From a bacterium (GTDB lineage Bacteria; 4484-113), in NCBI GenBank assembly GCA_021163765.1, contig JAGGTK010000053.1, positions 8,017-72,016 on the forward strand: 64,000 nt of DNA, written 5' to 3'. Positions within the stretch are counted from its first letter, which is position 1. Each line of letters opens with the position of its first letter. Shown piece after piece: positions 1 through 9,863 of the stretch. The notes below the pieces were generated by a model. The model was given only the letters and a program-made list of their open reading frames with translations. It was not told the origin of the DNA and did no database searches. The translations under genes and the position numbers were made by a program.

Positions 1-900
1 AGCACGCTGAACGACAGCTACCTATATTCCTCGTTCCACGGCGTTGGCGCAGGTTGGCTTGACGAATACTTGCGGCGATACGGAGTGAAGGTTGACTCGC
101 GCTTTACCGAGCGGGACGTGCTCTTCGGCGGTCTGCTGCCCGACCCGTCACCGGCCAACCTTGAATCCCTGCAGCCTGACGTTGCCGAGGGGGATTATGC
201 CCTTCTGCTCGCCACAGACGGGGACGCTGATCGCTTTGGCCTGATGACCGCTGACGGTGAATATTTCGGATGCAACAGGGTGCTGCCGCTTCTGGCTGAG
301 TTCCTCCTCACGACAAAGGAACGGACTGGCTCTCTCGTTCGCACGGTCGCCACGTCTCACATGCTGGACGCGGTTGCCGTCGCGCACGGGATGGAATTGA
401 AAGAAACTCCAGTAGGCTTTAAATACGTCGGCCGGGAGTTGAGGGAAGGCGCTCTGATTGGAGGCGAGGAATCGGGCGGCTTGTCTGTGGAGGGGCACGT
501 GCCGGAAAAAGACGCCATTCTCTCTATATTGCTGCTGCTCGATATGCTCGCCACCAAGGGAGCCCGGCTTTCAGACATCTGGCAGGAATTCGGGCAGCAA
601 TACGGCCAGACCGTTTTCGCGCGGCTGGACGTGGAACTGCCGAGTGAGATGATTGCCGAGCTAATGAGTGATGTCGAAGCCCTGGCCCAGACCAGCACTT
701 TTCTTGATCATCCTGTTTCGGAGGTCATATCGATTGACGGGGTAAAGCTCGTTCTGGAAGATGGCTCGTGGGTCCTTCTCCGGCCGTCGGGAACCGAGGC
801 GGTTGTGCGCGCGTACCTGGAAGCCCCTGACGAGCGTGGATTCAACTTGCTGCGTAAAGCCCTTGTGAACTATCTGCATGACTACACCGTCCAACCATAA
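1..900 (+). CDS. Phosphoglucomutase/phosphomannomutase family protein (5'-truncated by the window edge)
   Basis: Frame is open from base 1. Motifs DGDADR (metal loop), GGEESG (sugar binding) and RPSGTE. Confidence 0.9.
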   Translation, partial: STLNDSYLYSSFHGVGAGWLDEYLRRYGVKVDSRFTERDVLFGGLLPDPSPANLESLQPDVAEGDYALLLATDGDADRFGLMTADGEYFGCNRVLPLLAEFLLTTKERTGSLVRTVATSHMLDAVAVAHGMELKETPVGFKYVGRELREGALIGGEESGGLSVEGHVPEKDAILSILLLLDMLATKGARLSDIWQEFGQQYGQTVFARLDVELPSEMIAELMSDVEALAQTSTFLDHPVSEVISIDGVKLVLEDGSWVLLRPSGTEAVVRAYLEAPDERGFNLLRKALVNYLHDYTVQP

Positions 901-1885
901 CGGCCGTTTGCTCGTCGTGGACGATCTAAAGGTGGACATTGCCCTCGACCGGGGCGTTGTGCACGCTGTCCGGGGCATTAGCTTCGAAATCTCACCCGGC
1001 GAGATGGTCGGCCTCCTGGGTGAATCCGGCTGCGGCAAAACTATAACAGCGCTGTCTATTCCCGGCCTAACACGCGAGATTCCGGGGGCTCACATTCAGG
1101 GGCGCATTTTGTTTCGTCCGTCCAAACCGGAGGCTGATACCGAATTGGATGTCGTTACTGCATCAAGGGCTGAACTCAGGAGCATTCGGGGCAACGAGAT
1201 CGGTATGGTCTTTCAGGACCCGATGTCGTCGCTCAACCCGGTTTTCACCATAGGCTTTCAGGTGATGGAACCTTTGATGCTCCACCGCGGTATGTCAAAG
1301 GAAGATGCGCGGCGCGAGAGCATTAATCTCCTTAGAACCGTGGGCATCCCCGATCCTGACCAGCGATTCAACCACTATCCGCATCAGCTATCTGGAGGAA
1401 TGCGACAGCGAGTTATGATAGCCATGTCACTGTCCTGCCGGCCCTCGCTCTTATTGGCCGATGAGCCTACCACAGCTCTTGATGTAACGATTCAGGCTCA
1501 GATCCTGAGCCTGCTACTGAGGTTAAAGGACGAGTTCGGCGCATCAATCATCCTAATCACGCATGATATGTCCATCGTCGCTGGGACCTGTAGCCGCATA
1601 CTGGTAATGTATGCTGGCAGGATAGTAGAGGAGACTACCGATAAGGAATTCTTTTCGGCACCACACCATCCCTATTCCAGGGCTTTGCTGGACTCACTTC
1701 CTCGAGTGGACGCCAGGCGAAGGCTCAGGCCTGTTCCGGGGCAGCCACCGGACCTTTTAGCCCCTCCTGAGGGATGCGCTTACGCAGAACGCTGTCAGCG
1801 GGCAACCGGCGAGTGCTTTAAAACTCACCCAGAGATGACTGCACTCGGCCCTGGGCGTGTTTCCTGCTACCATCCCCTGGCTTAA
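878..1885 (+). CDS. Oligopeptide/dipeptide ABC transporter ATP-binding protein (OppD/DppD family)
   Basis: Walker A GESGCGKT, signature LSGGMRQR, DEPTTALD, and the C-terminal Cys-rich oligo_HPY region. Confidence 0.92.
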   Translation: MTTPSNHNGRLLVVDDLKVDIALDRGVVHAVRGISFEISPGEMVGLLGESGCGKTITALSIPGLTREIPGAHIQGRILFRPSKPEADTELDVVTASRAELRSIRGNEIGMVFQDPMSSLNPVFTIGFQVMEPLMLHRGMSKEDARRESINLLRTVGIPDPDQRFNHYPHQLSGGMRQRVMIAMSLSCRPSLLLADEPTTALDVTIQAQILSLLLRLKDEFGASIILITHDMSIVAGTCSRILVMYAGRIVEETTDKEFFSAPHHPYSRALLDSLPRVDARRRLRPVPGQPPDLLAPPEGCAYAERCQRATGECFKTHPEMTALGPGRVSCYHPLA

Positions 1886-1940
1886 CCTGTTCTCGTTTGC
1901 AGTGAGCCTGAACCTAATTGCGTTGTGATAGCAGAAATCC

Positions 1941-1970
1941 TTGTGAAAATATTCTCTAGTGTGATATAAT
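1941..1970 (+). promoter_or_regulatory. sigma70-type promoter with an overlapping Rex-like operator
   Basis: TTGTGAA-AATA-TTCTCTA (1941-1958) versus Rex consensus TTGTGAA-N4-TTCACAA. Extended -10 TG-A-TATAAT at 1962-1970. Confidence 0.65.
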
Positions 1971-2097
1971 TCAGCGACAAGTTATCTTCGGCCTAACTTG
2001 GGTATCATATGCGGTAGTCGCGGCGTAGCGTTGCGAACCGCCCCAGAAATGGGTGTTCCGATATACATTGCATCTCGCTTTAAGAGGTTTAAGCTCA

Positions 2098-2328
2098 ATG
2101 CCAATGATAGAAATCCTTGATGATACCTGCAAAGGGTGCTTGCTTTGCATTCCGGCATGTCCGCACGAGTTGATTCACAACACGAAGGCCAAACTCAATA
2201 AGCGCGGGCTCTATCCTGTTGAGTACGTAGATCCTGACGGCAAGTGCACAGGTTGCCGCCTTTGCTCAATAGTGTGCCCGGACGCGGCTATCCGCGTTTA
2301 CAAGGAAGTGAAGAAAAAGAGCGCTTAA
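2098..2328 (+). CDS. 2x[4Fe-4S] ferredoxin, OFOR delta subunit
   Basis: Two CxxCxxCxxxCP motifs. First gene of the OFOR operon. ATG 2098 follows an AGAGG SD. Confidence 0.88.
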   Translation: MPMIEILDDTCKGCLLCIPACPHELIHNTKAKLNKRGLYPVEYVDPDGKCTGCRLCSIVCPDAAIRVYKEVKKKSA

Positions 2329-2361
2329 CCTCCAATCGATTCCCAGGAGGGTAAATCAAGT

Positions 2362-3465
2362 ATGTCTGACGAACGCGTATTTATGAAGGGAAACCACGCA
2401 GCCTGTGAAGGCGCCTACCGCGCTGGCTGCAAAGGCTACTTTGGCTATCCAATCACACCCCAGAACGAAGTTACCGAGTACATGAGCGCCCACATCTGGG
2501 AGCACGGGGGGACATTTATCCAGTCTGAGAGCGAAGTGGCCGCGATCAACATGGTAATGGGCGCTTCGGCTACCGGCACGCGCGCCATGACAAGTTCCAG
2601 CTCCCCCGGCATATCGCTAAAGCAGGAGGGCCTGTCGTACATTGCCATGATGGAGCTTCCAATGGTGGTCATGAACGTGGTGCGCTGCGGCCCCGGACTG
2701 GGGAACATCGCGCCGCACCAGGGAGACTATTTCCAGGCCACTAAAGGAGGCGGGCACGGTGACTACCGGCTGATCACTCTCGCCCCCAACTCGGTGCAGG
2801 AAATGGCGCAATTCGTCTACGATGCGTTCAACCTGGCGGATAAGTGGCGAAATCCGGCAATGGTTCTCACTGATGGCACAATCGGCCAGATGATGGAGCC
2901 TGTGGATTACACAACAATGCCCTGGATGGACCCGCCAGACAAGAGCGAGTGGCAACTCGACGAGTTCCAGGAAGGACGGGAACGCCACGTGCTTACATCT
3001 ATCTGGCTAGATCCTGCTGACATGGCTGTAGCTCACGAGAAGCTCATAGAAAAATATGAAAGGCTAAAAAGGGAGGAAGTGCGATACACCGAGTATCTCA
3101 CTGACGACGCGGAAGTTCTGGTAGTGGCCATCGGGTCTCCCAGCCGCGTCACCCACAGCGCAATCCGCATTCTTCGCCAGGAAGGCTTGAAGGTTGGCCT
3201 GCTTAGGCCCATAACCGTATGGCCGTTCCCATACAGCGCCATAAGAGAATACGCTGACAGCAAGCACGTTAAGGCTATCCTTGTCGCGGAGATGAACTGG
3301 GGCCAGATGGTTGAGGACGTTAAACTAAGCGTTCTTGGCAAGAAGCCCTTGCACTTTGTACCAAAGCACGGGGGACTGACTTTCACGCCTGAGGATCTGA
3401 CCGAGCCCATACGCGAAATTCTCAAGAATCCGGAGAGCCCTAACACCCTCTGGCATGTATCATAG
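2362..3465 (+). CDS. vorB: 2-oxoacid:ferredoxin oxidoreductase alpha subunit (VorB-like, branched-chain 2-oxoacid type)
   Basis: MKGN..GYPITPQ, QSESE and TSSSSPGISLKQE motifs; AGGAGG SD. Confidence 0.88.
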   Translation: MSDERVFMKGNHAACEGAYRAGCKGYFGYPITPQNEVTEYMSAHIWEHGGTFIQSESEVAAINMVMGASATGTRAMTSSSSPGISLKQEGLSYIAMMELPMVVMNVVRCGPGLGNIAPHQGDYFQATKGGGHGDYRLITLAPNSVQEMAQFVYDAFNLADKWRNPAMVLTDGTIGQMMEPVDYTTMPWMDPPDKSEWQLDEFQEGRERHVLTSIWLDPADMAVAHEKLIEKYERLKREEVRYTEYLTDDAEVLVVAIGSPSRVTHSAIRILRQEGLKVGLLRPITVWPFPYSAIREYADSKHVKAILVAEMNWGQMVEDVKLSVLGKKPLHFVPKHGGLTFTPEDLTEPIREILKNPESPNTLWHVS

Positions 3466-3475
3466 GAGGACAGCG

Positions 3476-4285
3476 ATGGATGTCGTAACTATTGAAGGAA
3501 ATGAATACAAGGTTGTCGCCCAACGACCTAAATCGCTTACCGATAAGCCATTCACCTATTGCCCGGGCTGCAATCACGGGACGACACACAAAATTATCGC
3601 TGAGGTAATTGACGAGCTGGGCATACAGCACCGCTGCATTGGAATCGCGTCTGTTGGGTGCAGCGTGTTCAGCTACGAATTCTTCGACTTCGATTTCATC
3701 AGCGTGCCACACGGCAGGGCATTGGCGGTTGCCACCGGCGCTAAGCGTATGCGGCCCAATTCAGTGTTGATGACATACCAGGGAGATGGAGACCTGGCGG
3801 CCATCGGCATCGCCGAGACAATCCACGCTTGTAACCGTGGTGAACGCGTCACCTGCATTTTCGTCAACAACGCCATCTACGGTATGACCGGCGGGCAAAT
3901 GGCGCCGACGACGCTTCTGGGCATGAAAACCACGACCTCACCGCTTGGGCGCGACGCCAAGCGAATAGGCTGGCCTATTAAAATGAGTGAGATGCTCGCA
4001 CCCCTTCCGGGTGCGGCTTACATTGCCCGTGTGAGCATGCACGATGCAAAGCACATCCTCAAGGCCAAAGCAGCCATCAAGAAGGCTTTCAGGGCACAGC
4101 TTGAGGATAAGGGCTTCTCAATGGTTGAGGTGCTGAGCAACTGCAATGTCAACTGGCACGTGACGCCCCAGGAGGGAGTGAAGTTCGTCGAGGAGCACAT
4201 GACGAAGAATTTCCCTCTCGGCGTATACAAGGATGTCTGGGAAGACGAAAAAGCTGCCAAACAAACCGATAAGGAGAAGGGCTAA
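3476..4285 (+). CDS. 2-oxoacid:ferredoxin oxidoreductase beta subunit (TPP-binding)
   Basis: [20 protein letters not shown]. Start moved to ATG 3476, which follows AGGAGG. Confidence 0.9.
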   Translation: MDVVTIEGNEYKVVAQRPKSLTDKPFTYCPGCNHGTTHKIIAEVIDELGIQHRCIGIASVGCSVFSYEFFDFDFISVPHGRALAVATGAKRMRPNSVLMTYQGDGDLAAIGIAETIHACNRGERVTCIFVNNAIYGMTGGQMAPTTLLGMKTTTSPLGRDAKRIGWPIKMSEMLAPLPGAAYIARVSMHDAKHILKAKAAIKKAFRAQLEDKGFSMVEVLSNCNVNWHVTPQEGVKFVEEHMTKNFPLGVYKDVWEDEKAAKQTDKEKG

Positions 4286-4288
4286 ACG

Positions 4289-4852
4289 ATGCTACTGGAA
4301 GAGTATATTTTTGCTGGTTTCGGCGGACAGGGCATCATGACCATCGGCCAGATCATCGCTTACGCCGGGATGCTCCAGGATTTCTACACTGCCTGGATTC
4401 CCAGCTACGGACCTGAGAGCCGCGGAGGCACCGCTAACTGCAACGTGGTTATCAGCGACGAGATTATTGGCAGCCCCCACACGCATCATCCCAACGGCGT
4501 TATCGTTATGAATGCGCCCAGTTTCGACAAATTCGAGCCGATGATGGCATCCGGTGGCGTTCTGGTCGTGAACACTAACCTATCTCCAAAGCGCAGCGAA
4601 CGCGACGACCTGTCGGTAGTCTACATTCCCACTGCGGACATCGCAATGGAGATTGGACACCCGGTGCTCGCTTCCGTTACAGCACTTGGAGCTTTTGCGG
4701 CAGCGCGTGGGGTTTTTGACGATGCGCACGTAGAGAAGGGCATCGATTGGGCACTTCCCGCGCGCCACAAGGATATGCTCGAAATGAACATCAAGGCATA
4801 TCAAGAGGGTAAGAAGGCTGCCGAAGCTCAACTCAAAACCGCGACCAAATAA
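4289..4852 (+). CDS. 2-oxoacid:ferredoxin oxidoreductase gamma subunit
   Basis: AGFGGQG and SYGPESRGG motifs. Confidence 0.9.
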   Translation: MLLEEYIFAGFGGQGIMTIGQIIAYAGMLQDFYTAWIPSYGPESRGGTANCNVVISDEIIGSPHTHHPNGVIVMNAPSFDKFEPMMASGGVLVVNTNLSPKRSERDDLSVVYIPTADIAMEIGHPVLASVTALGAFAAARGVFDDAHVEKGIDWALPARHKDMLEMNIKAYQEGKKAAEAQLKTATK

Positions 4853-4961
4853 TATCGGCTGTTCCTTCAACTATGGTGGCGAACGAAGTGGAACAGCCTT
4901 GTTGGGGCACTTTGCCAGTTTCTGCTAAATCACAAAGCGCGCCCACGCAGAAAACCGGCAG

Positions 4962-6191
4962 TTACACGCGCAGCGCTTTTCCTTTGAAAATGCCCTGTTT
5001 AAGCCCGTCCAGGCTCACATTTATCAGTCCGGTTTCAGCCGGCGATGGTTCAACGCAGACACGCTGATAGGCTTCGCCGTAACCGCAACCGCTGTCCTCT
5101 AGAGCTACTTCACACTCCGAACCGACGAATCTGGCAAGCGCCTTTTGAGATACACTCTTGGATAACGCCAGAAGCTTGTCCTGTCGCCTGCTGACAACAG
5201 AGCTTGGCAGCAGCCCCATTTCACTCGCGGCAGTGTTGGGCCTTGTACTGAACCGGAAGATATGGACTCGCTCAAATGCACATGCGCTAACCATCTCACC
5301 TGTTAGTTCGAAATCCTCATCCGTTTCTGCAGGGAAACCAACCATCAGGTCTGTTGTCACTGCCGCATCAGGGTGCAACTTGCGGAACTTCTTAACTAAG
5401 TCCCTGTAGTACGTGCTGTCGTAATTCCGCCGCATCGCGGCCAGTACAGAGTCGCTGCCCGATTGCAGTGGAAGGTGCAAATGCGGGCAGAGACGCGGAT
5501 GTGAGAATAGCTCCAGCATCTCGTCAGTTACATGCTCCGGCTCAATGGAGGACAACCGCAATCTGGACGACTCCGGCAATATCGCAAGGGCCCGCCTCAG
5601 CAGCGACATAAGACCGTAGCCTTCATCCGGGTCGGTGTAAAGCCCAAGGTTTATCCCGCACAGGACTATCTCCGGTGTTCCGGTGTTCACGCTCTCCATC
5701 ATCTCATCTATCACCTGTTCTCCACGCTTGCACTCCATGGACCGAACGTAAGGGATGATACAGTAAGTGCAGTAGCTGTTACAGCCGTCCTGTATCTTAA
5801 TGAAGCGCCTTGTGCGCGTGTCTTCTGGAGCGGGAACAGGCAATCCGTCTTTCCCGAGCGCCTCAGAAACCAGGTTGGGATTTCCGATTATTGTTGCGCC
5901 AAGCGATTCAAACTGAGAGGCTATTTTTTCCTCGCGCGCCGCACAGCCAGTGACGATGAGTCTGGCTCGCGGGAATTCACGCAGGCAGCGTCGCGCATAC
6001 TGCCTTGCCTTCTTCACTGCGCCAGCCGTCACGGCACACGTGTTCACGACAACAGCGTCAGGCGGTGCAGCCTTGCCCCACCCGCTTGAAATATGGCTGC
6101 ATTGATGACCGAGCTTAGCCAGAGCAGAAACAAGTGCTTCTGTATCGGCGTAGTTAACTTTGCAGCCGAAGGTCTTTATGAACACACGCAC
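4962..6191 (-). CDS. mtaB: tRNA t6A37 methylthiotransferase MtaB (radical SAM)
   Basis: N-terminal TFGCKVN..NTCAVT..VTGCAA, CNSYCTYC, RLSSIEP, HLPLQSGS. Confidence 0.85.
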   Translation of the reverse strand: MRVFIKTFGCKVNYADTEALVSALAKLGHQCSHISSGWGKAAPPDAVVVNTCAVTAGAVKKARQYARRCLREFPRARLIVTGCAAREEKIASQFESLGATIIGNPNLVSEALGKDGLPVPAPEDTRTRRFIKIQDGCNSYCTYCIIPYVRSMECKRGEQVIDEMMESVNTGTPEIVLCGINLGLYTDPDEGYGLMSLLRRALAILPESSRLRLSSIEPEHVTDEMLELFSHPRLCPHLHLPLQSGSDSVLAAMRRNYDSTYYRDLVKKFRKLHPDAAVTTDLMVGFPAETDEDFELTGEMVSACAFERVHIFRFSTRPNTAASEMGLLPSSVVSRRQDKLLALSKSVSQKALARFVGSECEVALEDSGCGYGEAYQRVCVEPSPAETGLINVSLDGLKQGIFKGKALRV

Positions 6192-6226
6192 AAAGATATT
6201 GTAGCCCAGCGCAGATAGAATGGCGC

Positions 6227-6370
6227 TTAGTTATCGGAACCTGCTGCTTTCATCGCATAGAGCGCTGCGCCCAGCGCCCAAACCGACGCTGGCTCATCGG
6301 GCACTATGATCTCACAGGCAACCTCTTCGGCAAGCAGCTCACGAACTCATGGGTTCAGGGCGACTCCTGT
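6227..6370 (-). pseudogene. C-terminal remnant of an acyl-CoA dehydratase activase (BadF/BadG/BcrA/BcrD ATPase family)
   Basis: Own translation: TGVALNP*VRELLAEEVACEIIVPDEPASVWALGAALYAMKAAGSDN*, which resembles the activase C-terminus GGVAxN...P..P...GALGAAL. No N-terminus. Internal TGA at 6349-6347. Confidence 0.65.
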
Positions 6371-6394
6371 TGTCGGTAATCTCGATTCCCTTCT

Positions 6395-7279
6395 TCATCC
6401 GTGCCGCACCATCTCCCCTACAAAAAGCCGGTAGTGTGCTGGCAGAGTCCGCTTTTTGTGCGAAATGACGAAGAACTTCCGCTTCATTCTGAGACCTTCC
6501 ATTCTGGCCACTGCCAGCCTTCCAGCAGATATCTCATCTGTAAGCGCAAACTTCGACAGAATCGATGCCCCGAGGCCCGCCTTGATTGCTTCTCTCACTG
6601 CGCCCGTCGAGCCGAGCACCGCCACTACGTTGAGGTCTTTGACGCCAAATCCCTTCTCCGCAAGGTACTCCTCCATTACCTTCCTCGTGCCTGAGCCTTC
6701 CTCTCTCAATAAAAACGGGATTGAACCGAGCAGCTTCAGCGAGACGCTGCGACGTCCAATCAACTGCGGAGAACCAGCTAGAACCAGTTCGTCTTCTACG
6801 AAAGGCGTGTAATCCAGTTTGCCGTTAACGGTCTTCGCCCCAACGGTGCCCAGCAGTATTTCGTGGTTCAGCACCAGGTTGGCTATTTCCTCTGTATCCC
6901 CAAGCCGGATTTCGAACGAAACGCCAGGATATTGCTTCACGAAGTCCGCGGCGATTGCCGGAAGGATATATGTCCCGGGAATAGTGCTCGCTCCGATAAC
7001 AAGCTCGCCCGCAACGTCGCGGTTTACACCCCGGATGGCATCCGGTATCCCGTCAAGTTTCTCTGTCAGGTCCAGAGCGTGAAGATAGAGCACTTCCGCT
7101 TCTTTAGTGGGGATCACCCTGCGCCCCGTCCGGTCGAAGAGCTTGCAGCCAAGTTCCTTCTCCAGGCTCATCACGTGATTGCTGACTGTCGGTTGCGTGA
7201 GCTTCAGTTCTCTGGACGCCTTCGAGAAGCTCTTTTGCCTGAATACAGAGGCGAATACGCGCAGTTGATGAACATCCAT
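6395..7279 (-). CDS. LysR-family regulator (resembles the CysL-like / selenium-metabolism-associated LysR group)
   Basis: HTH LTQPTVS..LE.ELG.KLFDR, IGASTIPGTYILP, REEGSGTR. Start moved to MDVHQ (ATG 7279). Confidence 0.88.
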   Translation of the reverse strand: MDVHQLRVFASVFRQKSFSKASRELKLTQPTVSNHVMSLEKELGCKLFDRTGRRVIPTKEAEVLYLHALDLTEKLDGIPDAIRGVNRDVAGELVIGASTIPGTYILPAIAADFVKQYPGVSFEIRLGDTEEIANLVLNHEILLGTVGAKTVNGKLDYTPFVEDELVLAGSPQLIGRRSVSLKLLGSIPFLLREEGSGTRKVMEEYLAEKGFGVKDLNVVAVLGSTGAVREAIKAGLGASILSKFALTDEISAGRLAVARMEGLRMKRKFFVISHKKRTLPAHYRLFVGEMVRHG

Positions 7280-7356
7280 TATATATAGAATTCTAGCATA
7301 ACCATGATAGTTTCTATGAAACAATGCGGATTGCACTGTGCTAATATTCTGGTATC

Positions 7357-8706
7357 GTGCGCTCCACGAAGGAATACAGGATTGACCCTTTGTCCTGCGC
7401 CTACTGCGCAAAGTGCCACTCCGTATGCCCAACCTACGAGGCTACCGGCAATGAGGGCTTTGCCGCCAGAGGAAAAATCCTCCTTGCAAGCGCTATGCGT
7501 GGAGACTTCTCCGCGCTGCCAGCGGGCCTTTTAGGCGACCCACGCGACAACGGCGCTGTCGACTGGCATGGCAACCGCGAACTTAACGAGTACCTCGACT
7601 TCTGCCTGCGATGCTACCGCTGCCTTGAGGTATGCCCATCAATGATGGCAACAGTGCCAATATTCGAAGCCATGCGCTTTGAAATCGCCCGTGAGCATCC
7701 TCCCCCGTTGCCTATGCAATGGCTGATGAGGTCGGTACTTGCAGAGCGGGGAAATACGCGCCTTCTTGCCGGGATTGGAGCCCTTCCGTTCTCATTGTTG
7801 CCGTGGGCTGCAAAGCGGGTACGGGCCAGCGATAAGCTACGGTCAGTGGCCAGCAAGCTCCACGTCGATATTCCTGCATCCACTCTCAGCGCTCGTTCCC
7901 CCACTGTATTCCTCGGCAAAATGGAATTTCCCCTGCCCGCTTCAGTACTGTCGCGGGGGCGCGTGTACGACTTCATCCGGAATCATCAAAACGTTGCCCA
8001 GCCTGAGCGCGGCACAATCGGCTATTTTCTCGATTGCCTGACCGACATTCATTTCCCAGGAGCGTTCTCAGGCACCGTAAGGCTGCTGAACTCGCTGGGC
8101 TTTCGCCTGGAGGCCGAGTTCAATTCGCCCTGCTGCGGAGCCAGCGCGCTTAATACCGGCGACGAGCAGGCGTTCGAGAAGATGGCAAGAAGCTACGCGA
8201 AGACCTTCGCGGATGCCCCTTTCGACCGGATTCTGTTCACAAATCCAACCTGCTATAAAACAGTTAAGGAACGATATCCGGAAATTTTAGGAGACAAGGA
8301 ACTTGCAGCCCTGCCCGAACCCGTGCTCGACGTGGAGCTATACAGCGAACTTCCCGCGCCGCCGATTCATCCGGCCTGGTCTGACCTGAACATCGCATGG
8401 CACAATCCCTGCACTCTGGGATACGCCCTAGGAGACAAGACAACTGCGCCATCAATCCTGCGGAAATGGGGACTGAAAATCAGCGAGTTCCCGGATGTCG
8501 AGGGATGCTGCGGCTATGGGGGCATGTTCTACCTGCGCTATCCTGAGTTTGCTGCGGAGCAGAGCGCCCGCAAACTAAAAGCCTGGCAGGACGCGGGGAT
8601 TGACCTGGCTATAACCTGCTCGGCGGGATGCATCGGCCATATCAACGCCACTGCCATCCGAGAGAATATCCCGATTCCCACAATTCACTGGGGCGAGCTG
8701 GGCTAG
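7357..8706 (+). CDS. Fe-S oxidoreductase with two CCG domains (GlcF/HdrD-like)
   Basis: CAYCAKCHSVCP and CLRCYRCLEVCP; CCG motifs PCCGA and GCCGYGG. Confidence 0.8.
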   Translation: MRSTKEYRIDPLSCAYCAKCHSVCPTYEATGNEGFAARGKILLASAMRGDFSALPAGLLGDPRDNGAVDWHGNRELNEYLDFCLRCYRCLEVCPSMMATVPIFEAMRFEIAREHPPPLPMQWLMRSVLAERGNTRLLAGIGALPFSLLPWAAKRVRASDKLRSVASKLHVDIPASTLSARSPTVFLGKMEFPLPASVLSRGRVYDFIRNHQNVAQPERGTIGYFLDCLTDIHFPGAFSGTVRLLNSLGFRLEAEFNSPCCGASALNTGDEQAFEKMARSYAKTFADAPFDRILFTNPTCYKTVKERYPEILGDKELAALPEPVLDVELYSELPAPPIHPAWSDLNIAWHNPCTLGYALGDKTTAPSILRKWGLKISEFPDVEGCCGYGGMFYLRYPEFAAEQSARKLKAWQDAGIDLAITCSAGCIGHINATAIRENIPIPTIHWGELG

Positions 8707-9791
8707 GCAATCTTGCGCTCCATCTCCCAGACGTAAATGCGCTGCCATTTACGCTTCTTTCGATGCGTCTGCACGCGAACCGAACGCTCTTTAATCACTC
8801 GCAGCCCGGCTTTCTCCGCCAGCTCCAGCACCCTAGCGACAGCCTTCTGGCCGCTGTTATCGGCGTAGCCTAGCACCAGCCTGCCCTCACGCTCTAGGTG
8901 TCGCGGTATCTCTTCTAAGAAACGTGCAATCGTTTTCTGCTTCGGGTCGTTAAGTGAGATGTCAGCACGTGAGCCTACCGGGGCCACCACCCATGGAGCG
9001 TTGAAGATGATCAGGTCAAAGCTAGCGTTTCCAACCGGGGCAAACAGGTCTCCTGCTTTCAGAAGCTCTACGGAATCGGGCGCAATCAGGCCCTCGTCTG
9101 CGAAACGTGTCGCATTCAGGCGTGTTGACGCAGTAGCCTCCGGCATCACATCCGTTGCAGTGATTCTCGGCTTCAGGCTATCTAGTAACACCGCTGCGAG
9201 GAGCGTGAGAACCCCGCTGCCACAGCCCATATCCAGAACCTGCGCGTTATTTGGCAGACTCGAGGTCTGCGCGGCTATCGCCTCCCGGAAAAGCCCTACC
9301 GTCTCCTGTGACTTAGGTGGAATCACATCATCACCCGCCATAATCCAGCTACTCAGGGTCTCCACCTGCCATTTCTGCGCGAGAGCATCCTGAAGCTTTC
9401 GCAGCTTAACTAGCGGGATCAGGAACATCTTGTCCCTAGTCAGTGAAGCCTCGCCGCAGAATTTGGATAGATGCGGGATATGTACTGGAGGCTCAATACC
9501 CTCACAGATATCATTCTTTGCCAAGACCATCAGCCGGCCGATAATCGATTCCGAACGAGGTTTGAGATCGGTGCTTCTGCGCTGAACGTATACCGCAAGC
9601 TCGTTCAGTGCAGTTACAGGCCCTGAGATCACAGCGATGCCACCAGATGCCAGATGGTTGAATATGCGGTCGTGACGTGCGAGGTCTCGCCCGGCAAAGG
9701 CTTTTACCGGGCAGTTGTCTTCCAGCCCACCGGCGTATTTCCCCGGAATGACCGCTTCCTCGCCATCGACTCTCATTGAAAATTGAGGCAT
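8703..9791 (-). CDS. Class I SAM-dependent methyltransferase (PrmC/MTS-like)
   Basis: VLDMGCGSG and FDLIIFNAPW motifs. Confidence 0.8.
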   Translation of the reverse strand: MPQFSMRVDGEEAVIPGKYAGGLEDNCPVKAFAGRDLARHDRIFNHLASGGIAVISGPVTALNELAVYVQRRSTDLKPRSESIIGRLMVLAKNDICEGIEPPVHIPHLSKFCGEASLTRDKMFLIPLVKLRKLQDALAQKWQVETLSSWIMAGDDVIPPKSQETVGLFREAIAAQTSSLPNNAQVLDMGCGSGVLTLLAAVLLDSLKPRITATDVMPEATASTRLNATRFADEGLIAPDSVELLKAGDLFAPVGNASFDLIIFNAPWVVAPVGSRADISLNDPKQKTIARFLEEIPRHLEREGRLVLGYADNSGQKAVARVLELAEKAGLRVIKERSVRVQTHRKKRKWQRIYVWEMERKIA

Positions 9792-9863
9792 CCGATTCGC
9801 ACCGATTATAGTCCAAGATAAAGCTAAGACCCCTGCAATCTAGGTATTCAAGAATAGCCGGGT

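Noticed and set aside
6347..6397. Sec read-through of the LysR TGA into the in-frame activase fragment
   Set aside because: The LysR is already full length, no SECIS-like hairpin was seen, and the ATGA overlap plus a deletion explains the sequence.
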